From assembly GCF_009914755.1 (NCBI RefSeq), contig NC_060936.1: DNA of 64,000 nt. One strand, written 5' to 3'. The position numbers and the translations under genes are program-made. Position 1 is the stretch's first letter; each line of letters begins with the position of its first letter. A model generated the notes under the pieces. The model was not told the origin of the DNA. It searched no databases and worked only from the letters and a program-made list of their open reading frames with translations. Below, one piece after another: positions 31,996 through 49,925 of this stretch. Source of the stretch: the human T2T-CHM13v2.0 reference genome, Homo sapiens.

Positions 31996-32047
31996 CCACA
32001 TATCCACTGTGATTTGGACCATCATATTTCCCTAGGAAATTTTATGA

Positions 32048-32113
32048 AGAATTATCTCCAAGGCATATAGATTAGATTAGTATTCATTGGTTTTAGTCAC
32101 AAGATCCTGCCAG
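32048..32113 (-). repeat. Right arm of ~68-bp inverted repeat
   Basis: agaattatctccaaggcatatagattagattagtattcattggttttagtcacaagatcctgccag pairs with 30131-30199. Confidence 0.9.
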
Positions 32114-34039
32114 ATGGGATACCAAAATAACTTGAATCCTATGCCTACAACCTGTTTAATGTTCTAGTAATAAATTACTTACTTTTATTGGGCACGTATC
32201 ATGATTCCACTTTTGGAAAGACAAAAAATTAAATAACATCACAAAACAAATTTTGTTTACTGGGTTTCTTCTGCCTATGTCTTCTCTTATTTATTAAAAT
32301 GTTCTTTAATCTTAAATCCTCATCCCTGAGAATAAAATAGGGCTTCCTGGGCATATTTTTAGTATATGATTCTTGATAGTTGCTATGTCTTATGGTAATT
32401 AGATACTGCTTTGCCTTTTTTGGAATAGAAACTCTGTCTCCATAAAAGTCATGTCAAATATTTGAGCTCAATTCTATTTTGGATCCCAACAAGATTTATG
32501 TGTCATTATGTGTCAGATCCCTCTAAAAAGATCTGAAGTTAAATTCACAAGAACCGGTGTAATAGACCAAATAACATTTTGATGAACAATAGCATATTAT
32601 TTCTAAAAGCTGTACATTATGACACGATTCTTGAGACACTTAATATGCTGAGTTTTCTTAGTTAATTTATTAACCAATTGTGATGAAAACATTTAAAACC
32701 TCATTAATCTTCTATTCATTAACCAAGCTAGATCTTTCTAAAATCTAAGGATTTTATAGATATTATATAGAACTTTGATCATAGTTACATGGCTTTTTAA
32801 ATTGTGCCCTTTGTATGATTCCCTCAGGGAATAAGGACAATGAAAATTGTTTTCACCAGTGACATGAAATACATGCAACACCATGAAATCACCAGTGGTA
32901 TCCCTTGATAACAGACTGGTTCTTCCATGTGAGGCACAAACATGGCGGCCAGATTTGTTCTGCAAGTGTCTTTTGACACCAGTAAGCTCATGACCAGGAA
33001 TGGTTTGTTGTTCCAGGTATAAGGGCTACAGCCCAAATGACTCTAAGTCTTTAAAAGTTTCACTCATCCTTATGTATTTATTTAAGGATATTTGACCTCT
33101 CCAAAATATGGAAGGAGTTCCAGCTTGGTTTAGTTCTCAAATATAAGTTTAGGCAACTTATCCATGTTTCCGATTTTGAAAAAGCAAACCAACATTTCTT
33201 TGTTTCCAGATTTCTGTGTCAAGGTTTATCATCGTAGGTTGACATCATATGAATGCATATCATTATACAGGCTTTTCTTTCGGTATCTATAACTTCTATT
33301 CAGAATTCATTCCACAATATTTATATTGAGAATATTATTTTTAACAACTAGAGATCAACAAAGAAATAATGCAGTTTCTAGCAATAAAGTCTGAGTCTGC
33401 GAAGTATCATGAGCACCTTTTTTTTAAACTACTATGAATTTAACTCGCAAAGATGGCCCCTAGATGGTAATGCCCCTTTGCTTTCACAGTAACACTGTTG
33501 AGCTCTCTGTGATGAAGTGATAGTGATGTAAGCCCATCAAAAAGTAATTTGTATTTCGAGATACCTCTTTTTTTGATGAGTAATAAAGTTGGTACAATTG
33601 AACATGTTAACTGGAGTTGTGAGAAAGATTGTAGTAAAATGCAAGGTGGTTTTGTGTTTCAGTCTTCGTGATTACCTTTAACTCCCTCATATTACAAATC
33701 TGGAGGAAATGCAGGGAAAAAAGGAGTCTGTGAGAAAAATCTCAGAATATAACCCTGCCCTCACTTCCTAGCAACATCAATGGCAACAGTGCTTAAATGT
33801 GTAACCTATTCATTGTAAGTCAGACGTTACTTTCATGTAGATCAGTAAAAAACAGTGTGAGAGAAAATGAAACCCTCATCCTAGTTCCTATTGAAGTCAA
33901 AATATTAAACCTAAACAAATAAAAATAAAAAATCTAAAATACTGCTCAGAACCTACGTTCTGTCATTGTCAAATTTGCTTCAATCTTCAAAATCAATTTT
34001 TCGCTCACTCCTCGCTTTGCTAGCTTCCCTCTATCTGCC

Positions 34040-34240
34040 CTTACTTCCCTCCCTCCCCCCTTCCCCCTTCCCCCTTTCCCCCCTTCACCCCTTCCCCCTT
34101 CCTTCCTTCCTTTCTTCCTTCTTTCTTTCCTTCCTTCCTCTCTTGTTTTCTTCCCTCTCTCCTTCTTTTCTTCCCCCTTCCTCCCTTCCTTCCTTCTTCT
34201 TCTTTCCTATTTTCCTCCCTTCCTTCCTATTCTTTCTTTC
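34040..34240. repeat. Polypyrimidine (CT-rich) low-complexity tract
   Basis: About 200 nt almost entirely C/T with C5-C6 runs; G4-capable on the minus strand, H-DNA-prone. Confidence 0.9.
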
Positions 34241-35204
34241 ATGAAACATTCTTTGTGTGTCCACAAATGCCAGCTGTTAGTATATACATACAGTGAAACC
34301 AGTTCCTGCCCTCAAAGAGCTTGCAGTCTAATGTTGGAAATAGAAGAGACCACAATATGCAATGACAAGAGTTCAGGTGAGGTTGGGAGATGGGGAAGGA
34401 GGATAAAGCAGAAAGGAGTAGGACTGTATTCTAGACAATAAGAAAAAAAAAATTAAGAAGGTGAGTTTTCCAAAAGGCCTTTCCTAAACTACTTTTCTCA
34501 CTTTTGAAAAGAAAGATAAGCTAGTTTCACCTATAGGGATTTTAGCTGCACTAAAAATAACTTTTTATCCTGTGGTTTCAAAATCAGACTAAAGTATCTC
34601 CTTGGTTGCAGTTGTTTTGTATTTTTGTGTTCAAAATGGCAGGAGTCACTTCATCCCAGATGGCATTTCACAAGACTGCAAGCTCCTTTTTCAGAGACAA
34701 ACCACCTTGGACAGGAAAACTTACAGCTGTTGGTTCTGTCCTCTGGGTGAATTAGTGTCCTCTGTTTCTTTTATGTAACTTGATAAAGAGATTGAATTTC
34801 AGCTGCATAAAGCTATAATTATGTTGTCACTACTTTCATGTTCTTTTATCTAAAATAATTAAGGCTGGGGGGAGGGAAACCCAGTTCCATTCAAAGCGTT
34901 TTAAGGAAAATGCTGCTTAACATCAGTGTGACTACAGAATATGAAAATTTCTGGAAATGATTGGTTAGGGCTAAGCTGTACTTTAATGATTAAACACAGT
35001 GAGGAGTGATACATTTAATAAACATATTAACTCTAGGGACATGGGCATAGTAATGTCACATAAAAGTTATTATGTGGGTCAGTTAAATTTTTGTTTATAA
35101 AAACAGTATTTACATTTTTTAGGACTTCACACGTTTCTGGAACTTTTGAAGTTCCAGAATTGTGGAGTTCCAGAATTTAGGTAATTGTGCAATTACCTAA
35201 AATC

Positions 35205-38199
<2,995 letters not shown>

Positions 38200-38999
38200 T
38201 CACCAAGTTATTCTAGGGTGGTTGTTTGGGAAAATGGAGGCTGGAAAGGAGTTGGAGAGGATAAACGAAGATAAGTTCTGCCACTGAATTATCCTATTTT
38301 ACTCTAATTATTTAAATTGCCTAAGTCTTTTTCTGATTTCTACCTTCTTTCATGTGGGCCTGACTTTTGGGAGGGATTTCCTTTCCAGCAACTAATATGT
38401 CTTCTCTGAATCTTGTTTATTATTAATACCTAATCCACATATCATACTATAGCTATTCACAGATCTGGGTTATCTGAGTGAATCACTAAACTGTGCTCCT
38501 ACAATGCCGTCTTTTCCTTTTTACCACATTTATGTAATTCCATTGTAGTTATTTTTTTCTTGTGAAGGCTAGGTGCCATTTATCTTTTCTTGCTCACTCG
38601 TACATCCCAGAGCATAAAAGAATATTTGGCATAATACATTTCTGTTCAATAAATGAATAAATGAGTTTGCTTGAATACACACAGAAAAGTGTGCTCAGGA
38701 TAAATACAGCTTTTAAATGTCATTGTCATACTGTTGAAGAAATTTTTTCATGTTGTTTTTGCTTTAAGTCTAATGGCTTATATGCAGAATCTCAGGGCTT
38801 CCATTTTGCAAAATTTACATTGAGTAGATTATACCTGTTTTTCAGGAAGATATGATTATTAAACACCGTGGCAGATTTTGTTTTCAAATATAGCCTATTC
38901 CTGTGCTTTTCTTGCAGTGTGATATTGACATTTCTCCAAAGAAAGAAGATATTTTTATATTCCCAGTACTGAATATGCACTAGCCTTAGTGACTTGCTT

Positions 39000-39420
39000 C
39001 TAAGGGATGGCATGCACTGGAGACAGGAGGTGACTTCTGACAGGCTAAGTCACAAAAGGTGAAGCAGCTTCCACCTGGCTGTCTCTTCTCTCTCTATTGA
39101 GACATTTGTCCTTGGAACCTGGCCACCATGCTGTGAGAAAGCCCAGGCCATAGGAAAGTGCTACAGACAACATCCCCAGCTAAGGTCTCAGCCTTAACAT
39201 GTCAACCAAGCGTCCACTGCCAGACATGTGAATGAGTGAGCCTGCAGATTATTTTACCCCCTTGAAGCCTTCCAGCTGAGGTACCAGACATCACAGACCA
39301 AAGCCATCTTACTCTGTCTTATTTGAATTCCTGAACCGCATAATACATGACCAAAGTAAATGGTTGTTTTCCGCCACCATGTTTTGGGGGTAATTTTTTA
39401 ATGCAGCCTTGGTGACTAAA
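39000..39420 (+). mobile_element. MLT1 (MaLR) LTR
   Basis: ggctaagtcacaaaagg...cttggaacctggccaccatgctgtgagaaagccc...tgttttgggggtaatt...atgcagc. Confidence 0.7.
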
Positions 39421-39429
39421 GATCTAGCT

Positions 39430-39605
39430 TTTGTTTTTGTATTACTTGTTGAAATTATTTTTATTAAGCTATACTTCACATATCATAAAAACTCACCATT
39501 TTAAAGTGGACATTTCAGTGGTTTTGAGTATATTCACAAGGTTGTGCAACTATCACCATTCTCTAATTCCAGAACATTTTCATCACTCTGAAAAGAAACC
39601 CCTTT
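39430..39605 (-). mobile_element. L1M 3' end fragment
   Basis: tagtatattcacaaggttgtgcaactatcacc...taattccagaacattttcatcac-type L1MB 3' sequence. Confidence 0.7.
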
Positions 39606-40228
39606 ACAATATTAAAGTGGATGACTAAAATCCATCTCCTTCAGCTATTCACGGAAAACCGCCCCCACTCTTGAGTAGTTTCATCTTGCCAGGACTGTGA
39701 AATCTTATGTGCGTATCTAGGGCTGACATTCTGAGGCTGCTGCCAGGGATTTAGCATTTGGAAGCACTATAGGAACCACGCATATGACCACTGTGAGACA
39801 AAAATGTTGGCAGGAGAATGACCCTGGAAATTGTGACTGATTAGTCAGATGAAGCTTATGAGATAACATAGAGCTTCCTCTCTACCAGGCACCGACATAA
39901 AGTCTTTACGTATATTAACTCATTTAATTCTCATAGTAAACCTGCACAATAGATCAACTGGATATTGGGGGAAGGCTGAGAGTTAACCTCTGAAATCCTT
40001 GTTATAGATTGTCATTAGGCTCAGTTTGTTCCAAGGAGACTCTTGGTCACCATACTGGCCAAAATCTACGGCTATTCTGCAATTTCATGTGACTAATGAA
40101 AGGATCACCCCTACCTCCTACAAATATACTCCAAATTGTTTGGGATGACAAAACACTTTCTTTAGTGCACAAGTATCTATCAACCCTAAGAAAATCTAGA
40201 CTTAAGTTTAGAAATATTTAAGAGAATT

Positions 40229-40541
<313 letters not shown>

Positions 40542-41805
40542 TTATATCATTATGTTTGTGTTAAGGAACCTATTCATATTTACAGATATTTAAGACAATT
40601 TGGACTTTGAATAGATCAGTCTTGGAGTTCTCATTCGAAAGTTTTACTAAAATGTATATACAATATTAAAATAGTTTAAGAACATATGTATGTATTTATA
40701 TATATATATGTTCCTAGAATATATATATTGAAATATTTTAAGAATATACACACATATATATAATACACCGTATTTTTAATTTTTTTCATTAGATGCATAA
40801 AACTACTTGAGTACCTGAGAAGGTTCCTTAGTCAGTCAAATGAACTACTCAAAAAAAAAAAAGAAAGAAAGAAAAGAAAAGAAGTATATTAAATTTACAG
40901 ATGCAGTGTTGATTTTGCCTTCAAATGGCAGAGTCGCTACGGTTGCTTCCCTAGAACTTAAAAATGACTTCCTCCCATGCTATCTCTTTTGTTACTGGTC
41001 TATGCTGAGACTCAGGTCAGTTTTTCTCTCCAACCTAAAAATGCTACTCCTTAGTATCCTGTACTACCATATCTCACACAACGTGTATTAAAAATTACAG
41101 ATTTAACATCAAATATTGTGGTGTAAGTTGATTATGAAGTTTCTGAAATTTTAGCACAAAGTTATAAAACTCTTAACTGAAATAAGTGCAGTTGCAAAGA
41201 TTGCATTTCTTTTACTAAAGCACACACACATAAAACTAATTTTAAAATCATGAACTGTGAATGTTTTCATTTTCTTTACTGAAAATCGGCCCTCATGCAA
41301 GAAAAGATGCTCACGAGTGCTAACTTGAGGGCTACAGTGTAGAGAAACATTTTTTCACATTATGTGTGTTTTGGGTTGATACACTAAATTACTTTTTTTT
41401 TTTGTAGAAAACATGGCCAAATATAGGCAATTTCAATGGTTCAATCTACTAATTAGGTAATTCCATGCTTACTAGTGTCTGTAAACAGAAACGTAGTCAT
41501 AATTGTCACAATTAATTAGTTTTTAAACTGTATTTGCATTTCTAAATTATCTTTAGAGAATATTTTGAATTGTACAAGGTTTATTGTTACTATATTTGAA
41601 AGAATAAAATGGCAATATATCTTTTGTAAGCGTAAATGACCCAAGAAGTTAAGTAAAAAATTACTCTTCTTTGTATTCATTGTAAATTTTAAGTCAGTCT
41701 CTGTATTAGTTAGGATTAGGTTTAACTACAAGTGTCAGAAAATCCAAATTAACAGTGACTTTTGATTTTAACTCAATATATTTAGTAATCAAATAAAAGC
41801 AAACT

Positions 41806-42087
41806 GGCCGGGTGTGGTGCCTCATTTGTATAATGCCAGCACTTTGGGAGGCTGAGGTGGATGATTGCTGGAGCCCAGGAGATCGAGACCAGCCTGGGCA
41901 ACATGGAAAAACCCCATCTCTACAAAGAATTAAAAAAAAAAAAAAATAGCCGGGCTTGGTGGTGGACACCTGTAGTCTCAGCTACTCAGAAGCTGAGGTG
42001 GGAGGATTGCTTGAGCCCAGATCATGCCACTGCACTCCAGCCTGGGTGACAGAGTAGACCCATCTCCAAGAAAAAAAAAAAAAAAAG
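41806..42087 (+). mobile_element. AluJ with right-arm deletion
   Basis: AluJ-type arms; right arm jumps gagcccag|atcatgcc; A tail. Confidence 0.88.
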
Positions 42088-42204
42088 AACAAGTCTTATT
42101 TATTTCCCTTTAAAGTCAACAAATCTAAATTAAAAGCAGGAACAACTCTAATATTTTGTATTATAATGTAATTGGTATGATCATTTTGGAAGGCAATTTG
42201 GAAA

Positions 42205-42597
42205 TTAGGGTGCTCTTGCATTGTTATAAAGAAATACTTGGGACTGGGTAATTTATAAGAAAAAAGGTTTAATTGGCTCACACTTCCGCAAGCTCTAGAG
42301 AAAATGTTGTGCTGACATCTGCTTCTGGGGAGGCCTCAGGAAGCTTACAGTCACGGCAGAAGGTGAAGGGGGAGCACGTATCTCCCAGTGCAGAGCTGGA
42401 GAAAGAGAGTAGGCAGGGAGGTGCCACACCCTTTTAAATGACCTGCTCTCTGGAAAGAACCCACTATCAGGAAGACAGCAGCAGGATGTGAGGGATCTGT
42501 CTCCATGATCCAAACACTTCTCCAGGCCCTACCTCCAGCACTGAGAATTATGATTCAGCATGAGATTTGGGCAGGGACAAATATCTAAACTGTATAA
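42205..42597 (-). mobile_element. MST (MaLR) solo LTR
   Basis: ttataaagaaatacttgggactgggtaatttataagaaaaaaggtttaattggctcac...catgagatttgggcagggaca. Confidence 0.85.
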
Positions 42598-42900
42598 GGC
42601 AATATGTATAATGTAGACAAACCTTTTAATTAAGGGAATTTGTCCTGTGGAAATACTCTAAAAGAAATAAAAATGTATAAAATAACATATTTATTGCAGC
42701 ACTTTAAATAGCAGTCCCAAATTAGAAACCACCCAAATATTGAACTATAGAAGAAGAGTTATGTAAATAATGATACATCAGTAAAGGAATACTATCTAAC
42801 TATTAAAAGTGGTAATTGAGAAATTTTATAAACAACATTAAAAATTATAGTAGTATATTAAATTAAAAAGACACAGACGATTATACGTAAAAACCTATAC

Positions 42901-45900
42901 GGGGACAGGACCAAGATGGCCAACTAGAAACAGTGGCATTCAGAGGCTTCCATCGGAAAAAAACATAATAAGCATGTGAATCCTTCACAGGCAACCAAAG
43001 CATCCAAGTTTTCTCATCAAAACCGACTAGAAGGCTGGTGTGACCCACGGAGAGAAGGAAGAGCAGTGTGGTGTGATGGCCCACTTGAGAACCACTTGGG
43101 GAAGAGGAACTCCCTCCTCCCAGCCAAGGGAGGTGGTGAGAGAGCATGCTACTCAGCTGGGGAGCTGTGCTCTTTCCACAGAACTGTGCAACCCATGAAT
43201 CAGAAGATCCCACTAGCGAACTCATACCACTGGGAACCAGGGTCCCAACCCCAGAACATGCAGATTCTTACAGCCTTTCAGCTGGAATCTGCTTAAGCCT
43301 ATGGAACTCCTTGGGGAGAGGTGACCAGCACCAGGCATGTCTGCCTGCTATCTAAACCATTTGAGCTCCTTGGGGAAGCAGCATCCAGCACCGGGACTTG
43401 CAACTGCCTAACAAGCTAAGCTCCCTGTGCTGGGGAAGGGCGGCACCCATTTCTATAGCTCCAGGCTGGCCTTTTCCCCTGCTGGAGCCAGGGAGGCTGG
43501 ACGGCTTGGTCCCAAGAGTTGTCCCCACAGCCCAACACACCAGCTGTGGCAATCTGTGGCCAGAGTGCCCCTTCAGGCCTAACCCTGACCCATCCTTCCT
43601 CATTGGATGGGGCTTCTTTGCAGGATCTCCAATAACTCCCACCAGAGGCTCAGGGAAAGAATTTGAATCTCCCTGGGCTTGAGCCTCTAGGGGAGGAGTA
43701 GCCTCAGTCTCTGCAGACCAGCAGACTTAGCCTTTCCTCCTGGTTGTTCTGAAGAATCTGGGGAGCCCAGGTGAGTGGGTTTCCCCGCAGCAAAGCACAC
43801 CCTCTCCACCAAGGGACAAAGTGCTTTGTTAAATGGGTCCTGCTCCCCATGCCACCCAACTAGGTGAGACCATCCAACAGGGGTTGTCAGACACCCTATA
43901 CAGGAACGATCCTACTGGCATCAGGTTGGTGACCCTCAAGGTCAGAGGTCCCAGAAGAAGGAGTAGGCACCCAGCTTTGCTTTTCTCCAGCCTCCTTGAT
44001 TGACATTTCCAAGCACAGGAGCAAATCAGATGAATAGGGCCTGAAATGAACCACCAGCAAACTGCAGCAGCCCTACAGAAGAGGGACCTGACTATTGAAA
44101 GAAAAATAAACAAGCACGAAGTGACCACAATACCATCAACAACAACAACAACAACAAAAGACCCCCACAAAAACCCCATCCAAGGATCAGCAGCCTCAAA
44201 GACCAAAACTAGACAAACTCATGAAGATGAGAAAGAATCGATGAAAAAAATGCTGAAAACCCAAAAGGTCAGAGTGCCTGTTTTCCTCCAAATGATTGCA
44301 ATGTCTCTCCATCAAGGGCTCAGAACTGGGCAGAGGATCAGATGGACGAATTGACAGAAGTAGGCTTCAGAAGACGGATAATAAAAAACTACGCTGAGCT
44401 AAAGGAGCATGTTTTGACTCAATGCAAAGAAGCTAAGAACCTTGATAAAAGGTTAGAGGAATTGCTAACTAGAATAACCAGGTTAGAAAGAAACATAAAT
44501 GACCTGATAGAGCTGAAAAACACAGCACGAGAACGTCATGAAGCATATGCAAGTATCAACAGCCAAATCGACCAAGTGGAAGAAAGAATATCAGAGTTTG
44601 AAGACCACCTTACTGAAATAAGACATGCAGACAAGAATACAGAAAAAAGAATGAAAAGGAATGAACAAAGCCTCCAAGAAATATCAGACTTCATAAAAAG
44701 ACCAAACCTATGATTGATTGGAGTACCATAAGGAGAGGGGGAGAATGGAAACAAGCTGGAAAACACACTTCAGGATATTACCCAGGAGAACTTCCCCAGT
44801 CTAGCAAGACAGGCTAACATGCAAATTGAGAAAATACGGAGAACACCATTAAGATACTCCATGAGAAGATCAACCACAAGACACATAATCATCAGATTCT
44901 TCAAGATCGAAATGAAGGAAAAACTATTAAGGGCAGCCAGAGAGAAAGGCCAGGTCACCTACAAAGGTAAGCCCATCAGACTAACAGCGGGCCACTCAGC
45001 AGAAACTCTACAAGCCAGAAAAGACTGGGGTCCAATATTTAACATTCTCAAAGAAAAGAATTTTCAACCCAAAATTTCATATCCAGGCAAACTAAGCTTC
45101 ACAAGTGAAGGAGAAATAAAATCCTTTCCGGACAAGCAAATGGTGAGGGATATTGTTACCACCAGGCCTGCCCTGCAAGAGCTCATTGAAGAAGCACTAA
45201 ATATGGAAAGGAAAAACTTGCACCAGCCACTGCAAAAACACACCAAAATATAAAGACCAATGACACAATAAAGAAACTGCATCAACTCGTGTGCAAAATA
45301 ACCAAATAGCATCATGATGACAGGATCAAATTCATACATAACAATACTAACCTTAAATATAATGGGCTAAATGCCCCAATTAAAAGACACACAATTAAAT
45401 GCCAATTGGATAAAGAATCAAAACCCATAGATGTGCTGTATTCAGGAGACCTATCTTACATACAAAGACACACACAGGCTTAAAATAAAGGGATGGAGGA
45501 AATTAACCAAGCAAATGGAAAACAAAAAAAAAGCAGGGGTTGCAATCCTATTCTTTGACAAGACAGACTTTAAACCAACAAAGATAAAAAAAAGACAAAG
45601 AGCATTACACAATGGTAAAGGGAACAATTCAACCAGCAGAGCTAACTATTCTGAATATATATATGAGCCCAATACAGGAGCACCCAGCTTCATAAAACAA
45701 GTTCTTAGAGACCTACAAAGAGACTTAGACTCCCACACAATAACAGTGGGAGACTTTAACACCCCAGTGTCAGTATTAGATCAACAAGACAGAAAATTAA
45801 CAAGGATATTCAGGACTTGAACTCAGCTCTGGGTCAAGTGGACCTAGTAGATGTCTACAGAACTCTCTACCCCAAATCAACAGAATATACATTTTTCTCA

Positions 45901-48900
45901 GAGCCACGTGGCACCTTTTCTAAAATCGACCACATAATTGGAAGTAAAACACTCCTCAGCAAATAAATGCAAAAGAGCTGTAATCATAACAGTCTCTCAG
46001 ACCATAGTGCAATTAAATTAGAACTCAGGATGAAGAAACTCACTCAAAACTACACAATTTCATGGAAATTGAACAACCTGCTTCTGAACGACTCCTGGGT
46101 AAATAAGGAAATTAAGATAGAAATCAAGAAGTTCTTTGAAACAAATGAGAACAAAGAGACAATGTACCAGAATATCTGGCACACAGCTAAAACAGTGTTA
46201 AGAGGGAAATTTATCGCACCAAATGCCCACATCAGAAAGCTAGAAAGACACCCTAATATCACAATTAAAAGAGCTAGAGAGGCAAGAGCAAACTAATCCA
46301 AAAGCTAGTAGAAGACAAGATGTAACTAAGATCAGAGAAGAATTGAAGGAGATACAGATGTGAAAAACCCTCAAAAAAATCCATGAATCCAAGAGATGGC
46401 TTTTTGAAAAAATTAAAAAAATAAATAGACCACTAGCTAGACTAATAAGAAAAGAGAGAAGAATCAAGTGGACACAATAAAAAATGACTAAGGTGATATC
46501 AACACTGACCCCACAGAAATACGAACTACCATCAGGGATCACTACAAACACCTCTATGCAAATAAACTAGAAAATCTAGAAGAAATGGATGATTTTCTGG
46601 ATGCATAACCCCTACCAAGAATAACCAGGAAGATATTGAATCCCTGAATAGACCAATAACAAGCTCTGAAATTGAGGCAGTAATTAATAGCCTACCAGCC
46701 AAAAAAATCCCAGGACCAGATGGATTCACAGCCAAATTCTACCAGAAATACAAAGAAGAGGTAGTACTATTCATTCAGGAACTATTCCAAACAATTGAAA
46801 AGGAGGGACTCCTCTCTAATTCATTTTATGAAGCCAGCATCATCCTGATACCAAAACCGAGAAGACACAACAAAAAAATAAAACTTCAGGCCAATATCTC
46901 TGATGAAAATCGATGCAAAAATCCTCAATAAAATACTGGCAAATTGAATCCAGCAGCACATCAAAAAACTTATCCACCACGATCAAGTCAGCTTCATCCC
47001 TGGCATGCAAGGCTGGTTCAACATATGCAAATCAATAAACATAATCCATCACATAAACAGAACCAAAGACAAAAACCACATAATTATCTCAATAGATGCA
47101 GAAAAGGCCTTTGATAAAATTCAACATCCCTTCATGCTAAAAATTCTCAATAAACTGGGTATTGATGGAACACACCTCAAAATAATAAGAGCTATTTATG
47201 ACAAACCCATAGCTCGTATCATTTTGAATGGGCAAAAGCTGAAATCATTCCCTTTGAAAACCAGTCCAAGACAAGGATGCCCTGTCTCACCACTCCTATT
47301 CAACATAGTATTGGAAGTTCTGGCCAGGGCAATTAGGTAAGAGAAAGAAATAAAGGGTATTCAAATAGGAAGAGAGAAAGTCAAGTTGTCTCTTTTTGAA
47401 GATGACATGATTTTATATTTAGAAAACCCTATCATCTCAGGCCAAAAGCTTCTTGAACTGTTTAACAACTTCAGCAAAGTCTCGGGATACAAAATCAATA
47501 TGCAAAAGTCACTAGCATTCCTTTACGCCTACAATAGGCACGCAGAGAGCCAAATTAAGAACTCCCATTTACAATTGCTACTAAGAGAACAAAATACCTA
47601 GGGATACAGCTAACCAGGGATGTGAAGGACCTCTTCAAGGAGAACTACAAATCACTGCTCATGGAAATAAGAGAAGACACAAACAAATGGAAAAACATTC
47701 TATTCTCGTGGATAGGAAGAATCAATACCACAAAAATGGCCATACTACCCAAAGTAATTTATAGATTCAATGCTATTCCCATCAAACTACTGTTGACATT
47801 CTTCACAGAATTAGAAAAAACTATTTTAAATTTCATATGGAATCAAAGAAAACCCTGTACAGCCAAGACAATCCTAAGCAAAAAGAATAAAGCTGGAGGC
47901 ATCACACTACCTGACTTCAGACTATACTACAAGGCCACAGTAACTAAAACAGTATGGTGCTGGTACCAAAACAGACATTTACACCAATGGAGCAGAAAAG
48001 AGACCTCAAAATAACACCACACATCTACAACCATCTGATCTTTGACAAACCTGACAAAAACAAGCAATGGGGAAAAGATCTCCTAGTCGGTAAATGGTGC
48101 TAGGAAAACTGGCTAGCCACATGCAGAAAACTGAAACTGGGTCTCTTCCTTATACCTTATACAAAAATTAATTCAAGATGGATTAAAGACTTAAATGTAA
48201 TTCCCCAAAACTATAAAAACCCCAGAAGAAAACCTAGGCAATACCATTCAGGACATAGGCATGGGCAAAGACTTCATGACAAAAATGCCAAAAGCAATTG
48301 CAACAAAAGCCAAATTTGACAAATGGGATCTAATTAAACTGAAGAGCTTCTGCACAGCAAAAGAAGCTGCCATCAGAGTGAACAGGCAACTTACAGAATG
48401 GGAGAAAATTTTTGCAATCTACCCATTTGACAAAGGTCTAATGTCCAGAATTTACAAGGAAGTTAAACATATTTACGAGAAAAAATAAACAATCCCATCA
48501 AAAAGTGGGCAAAGGATGTGAACAGAAGCTTATTAAAAGAAGACATTTATGTGGCAACAAACATACGAAAAAAAGCTCAACATCACTGGTCATCAGAGAA
48601 ATAGAAATCAAAACCACAATGGGATACCATCTCACACCAGTCAGAATGGCAACTATTAAAAACTCAGGAAACAATAGATACTGGTGAGGCTGTGGAGAAA
48701 TAGGAATGCTTTTACACTGTTGGTGGGAATGTAAATTAGTTTAACCATTGTGGAAGACAGTGTGGCGATTCCTCAAGGATCTAGAACCAGAAATACCACT
48801 TGACCCAGCAATCCCATTACTGGGTATATACCCAAAGGAATAAAAATCATCTTACTATAAAGATACATGCACACGTATGTTTATTGCAGCACTGTTTACA

Positions 48901-49310
48901 ATAGCAAAGACATGGAACCAACTCAAATGCCCATCAATGATAGACAGGATAAAGAAAATGTGGTACACATATGTCATCAAAAACTATGCAGCCATAAAAA
49001 GGAATGAGATCATGTCCCTTGCAGGGACATGGATGAGGCTGGAAGCCATCATCCTCGGCAAACTAACACAGGAACAGAAAACCAAACATTGCATGTTCTC
49101 ACTCATAAGTGGGAGCTGAACATTGAGAACACATGGACACAGAGAGGGAAACAACACACACCAGGGCTTGTTGGAGGTGGAGGGGGAGGGGAGGCAACTT
49201 AGGGGATGGGTCAATAGGTGCAGCAAACCACCATGGCACACGTATACCTATGTAACAAATCTGCATGTTCTGCACATGTGTCCCAGGTTTTTTTTTTTTA
49301 TTAGAAGAAG
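42901..49310 (+). mobile_element. Full-length, inactive LINE-1 (L1PA8/L1PA8A-like): 5' UTR, ORF1 (~44228-45253), ORF2 (45317-~49119), 3' UTR
   Basis: 5' end ggggacaggaccaagatggcc; ORF1 peptides (MDELTEVGFRR.., QVTYKGKPIRLTA..); ORF2 begins ATGACAGGATCAAAT at 45317 with EN ([17 protein letters not shown]) and RT pieces broken by stops and frameshifts; RT motif degenerate (FEDD). Confidence 0.97.
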
Positions 49311-49424
49311 CAAAAGAGAGAGAGAATCACATACATCATACATAGCTAAAGCCTTTGTAAGTAGGCTAGTTTTTGGTAGTATAATCTGAATGGTTCATCA
49401 GAGTTTATATTAGTATCATTCATT

Positions 49425-49887
49425 TGTTGACCTAAAAGGGAGAAGCTGAAGCAAAATTAACATGGAGAGAGTATTTGGGACAAGATTGAGGACTGTGGCC
49501 AGGGACACACTTCCAAGTTGCCTTGGGAAGGGCTCTGGCAAACAAAAGAGGGGCTCAAGTTTTTAAAGAAAAGGCAGGCCAGGCACAGTGCCTCATGCCT
49601 GTAATCCCAGCACTTTGGGAGGCCGAGGCAGGTGGATCATGAGGTCAGGAGTTCGAGACCAGCCTGGCCAAGATGGTGAAACCTCACCTCTACTAAAAAT
49701 AGAAGGTGAAACCTCGCCTCTACAAAAATACAAAAATTAGCCGGGCGCGGTGGCGGGCACCTGTAATCCCAGTTACTCAGGACGCTGAGGCAGGAGAGTT
49801 GCTTGAACCCCGGGAGGCGGAGGTTGCAGTGAGCCGAGATCGCACCACTTCACTCCAGCCTGGGCGACAGAGCAAGAGACTCTGTCA

Positions 49888-49925
<38 letters not shown>

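Noticed and set aside
44342-49119. Multiple ORFs with endonuclease, RT and ORF1 similarity
   Set aside because: Frameshifted, stop-interrupted pieces of one dead LINE-1, not a functional gene or novel RT system.
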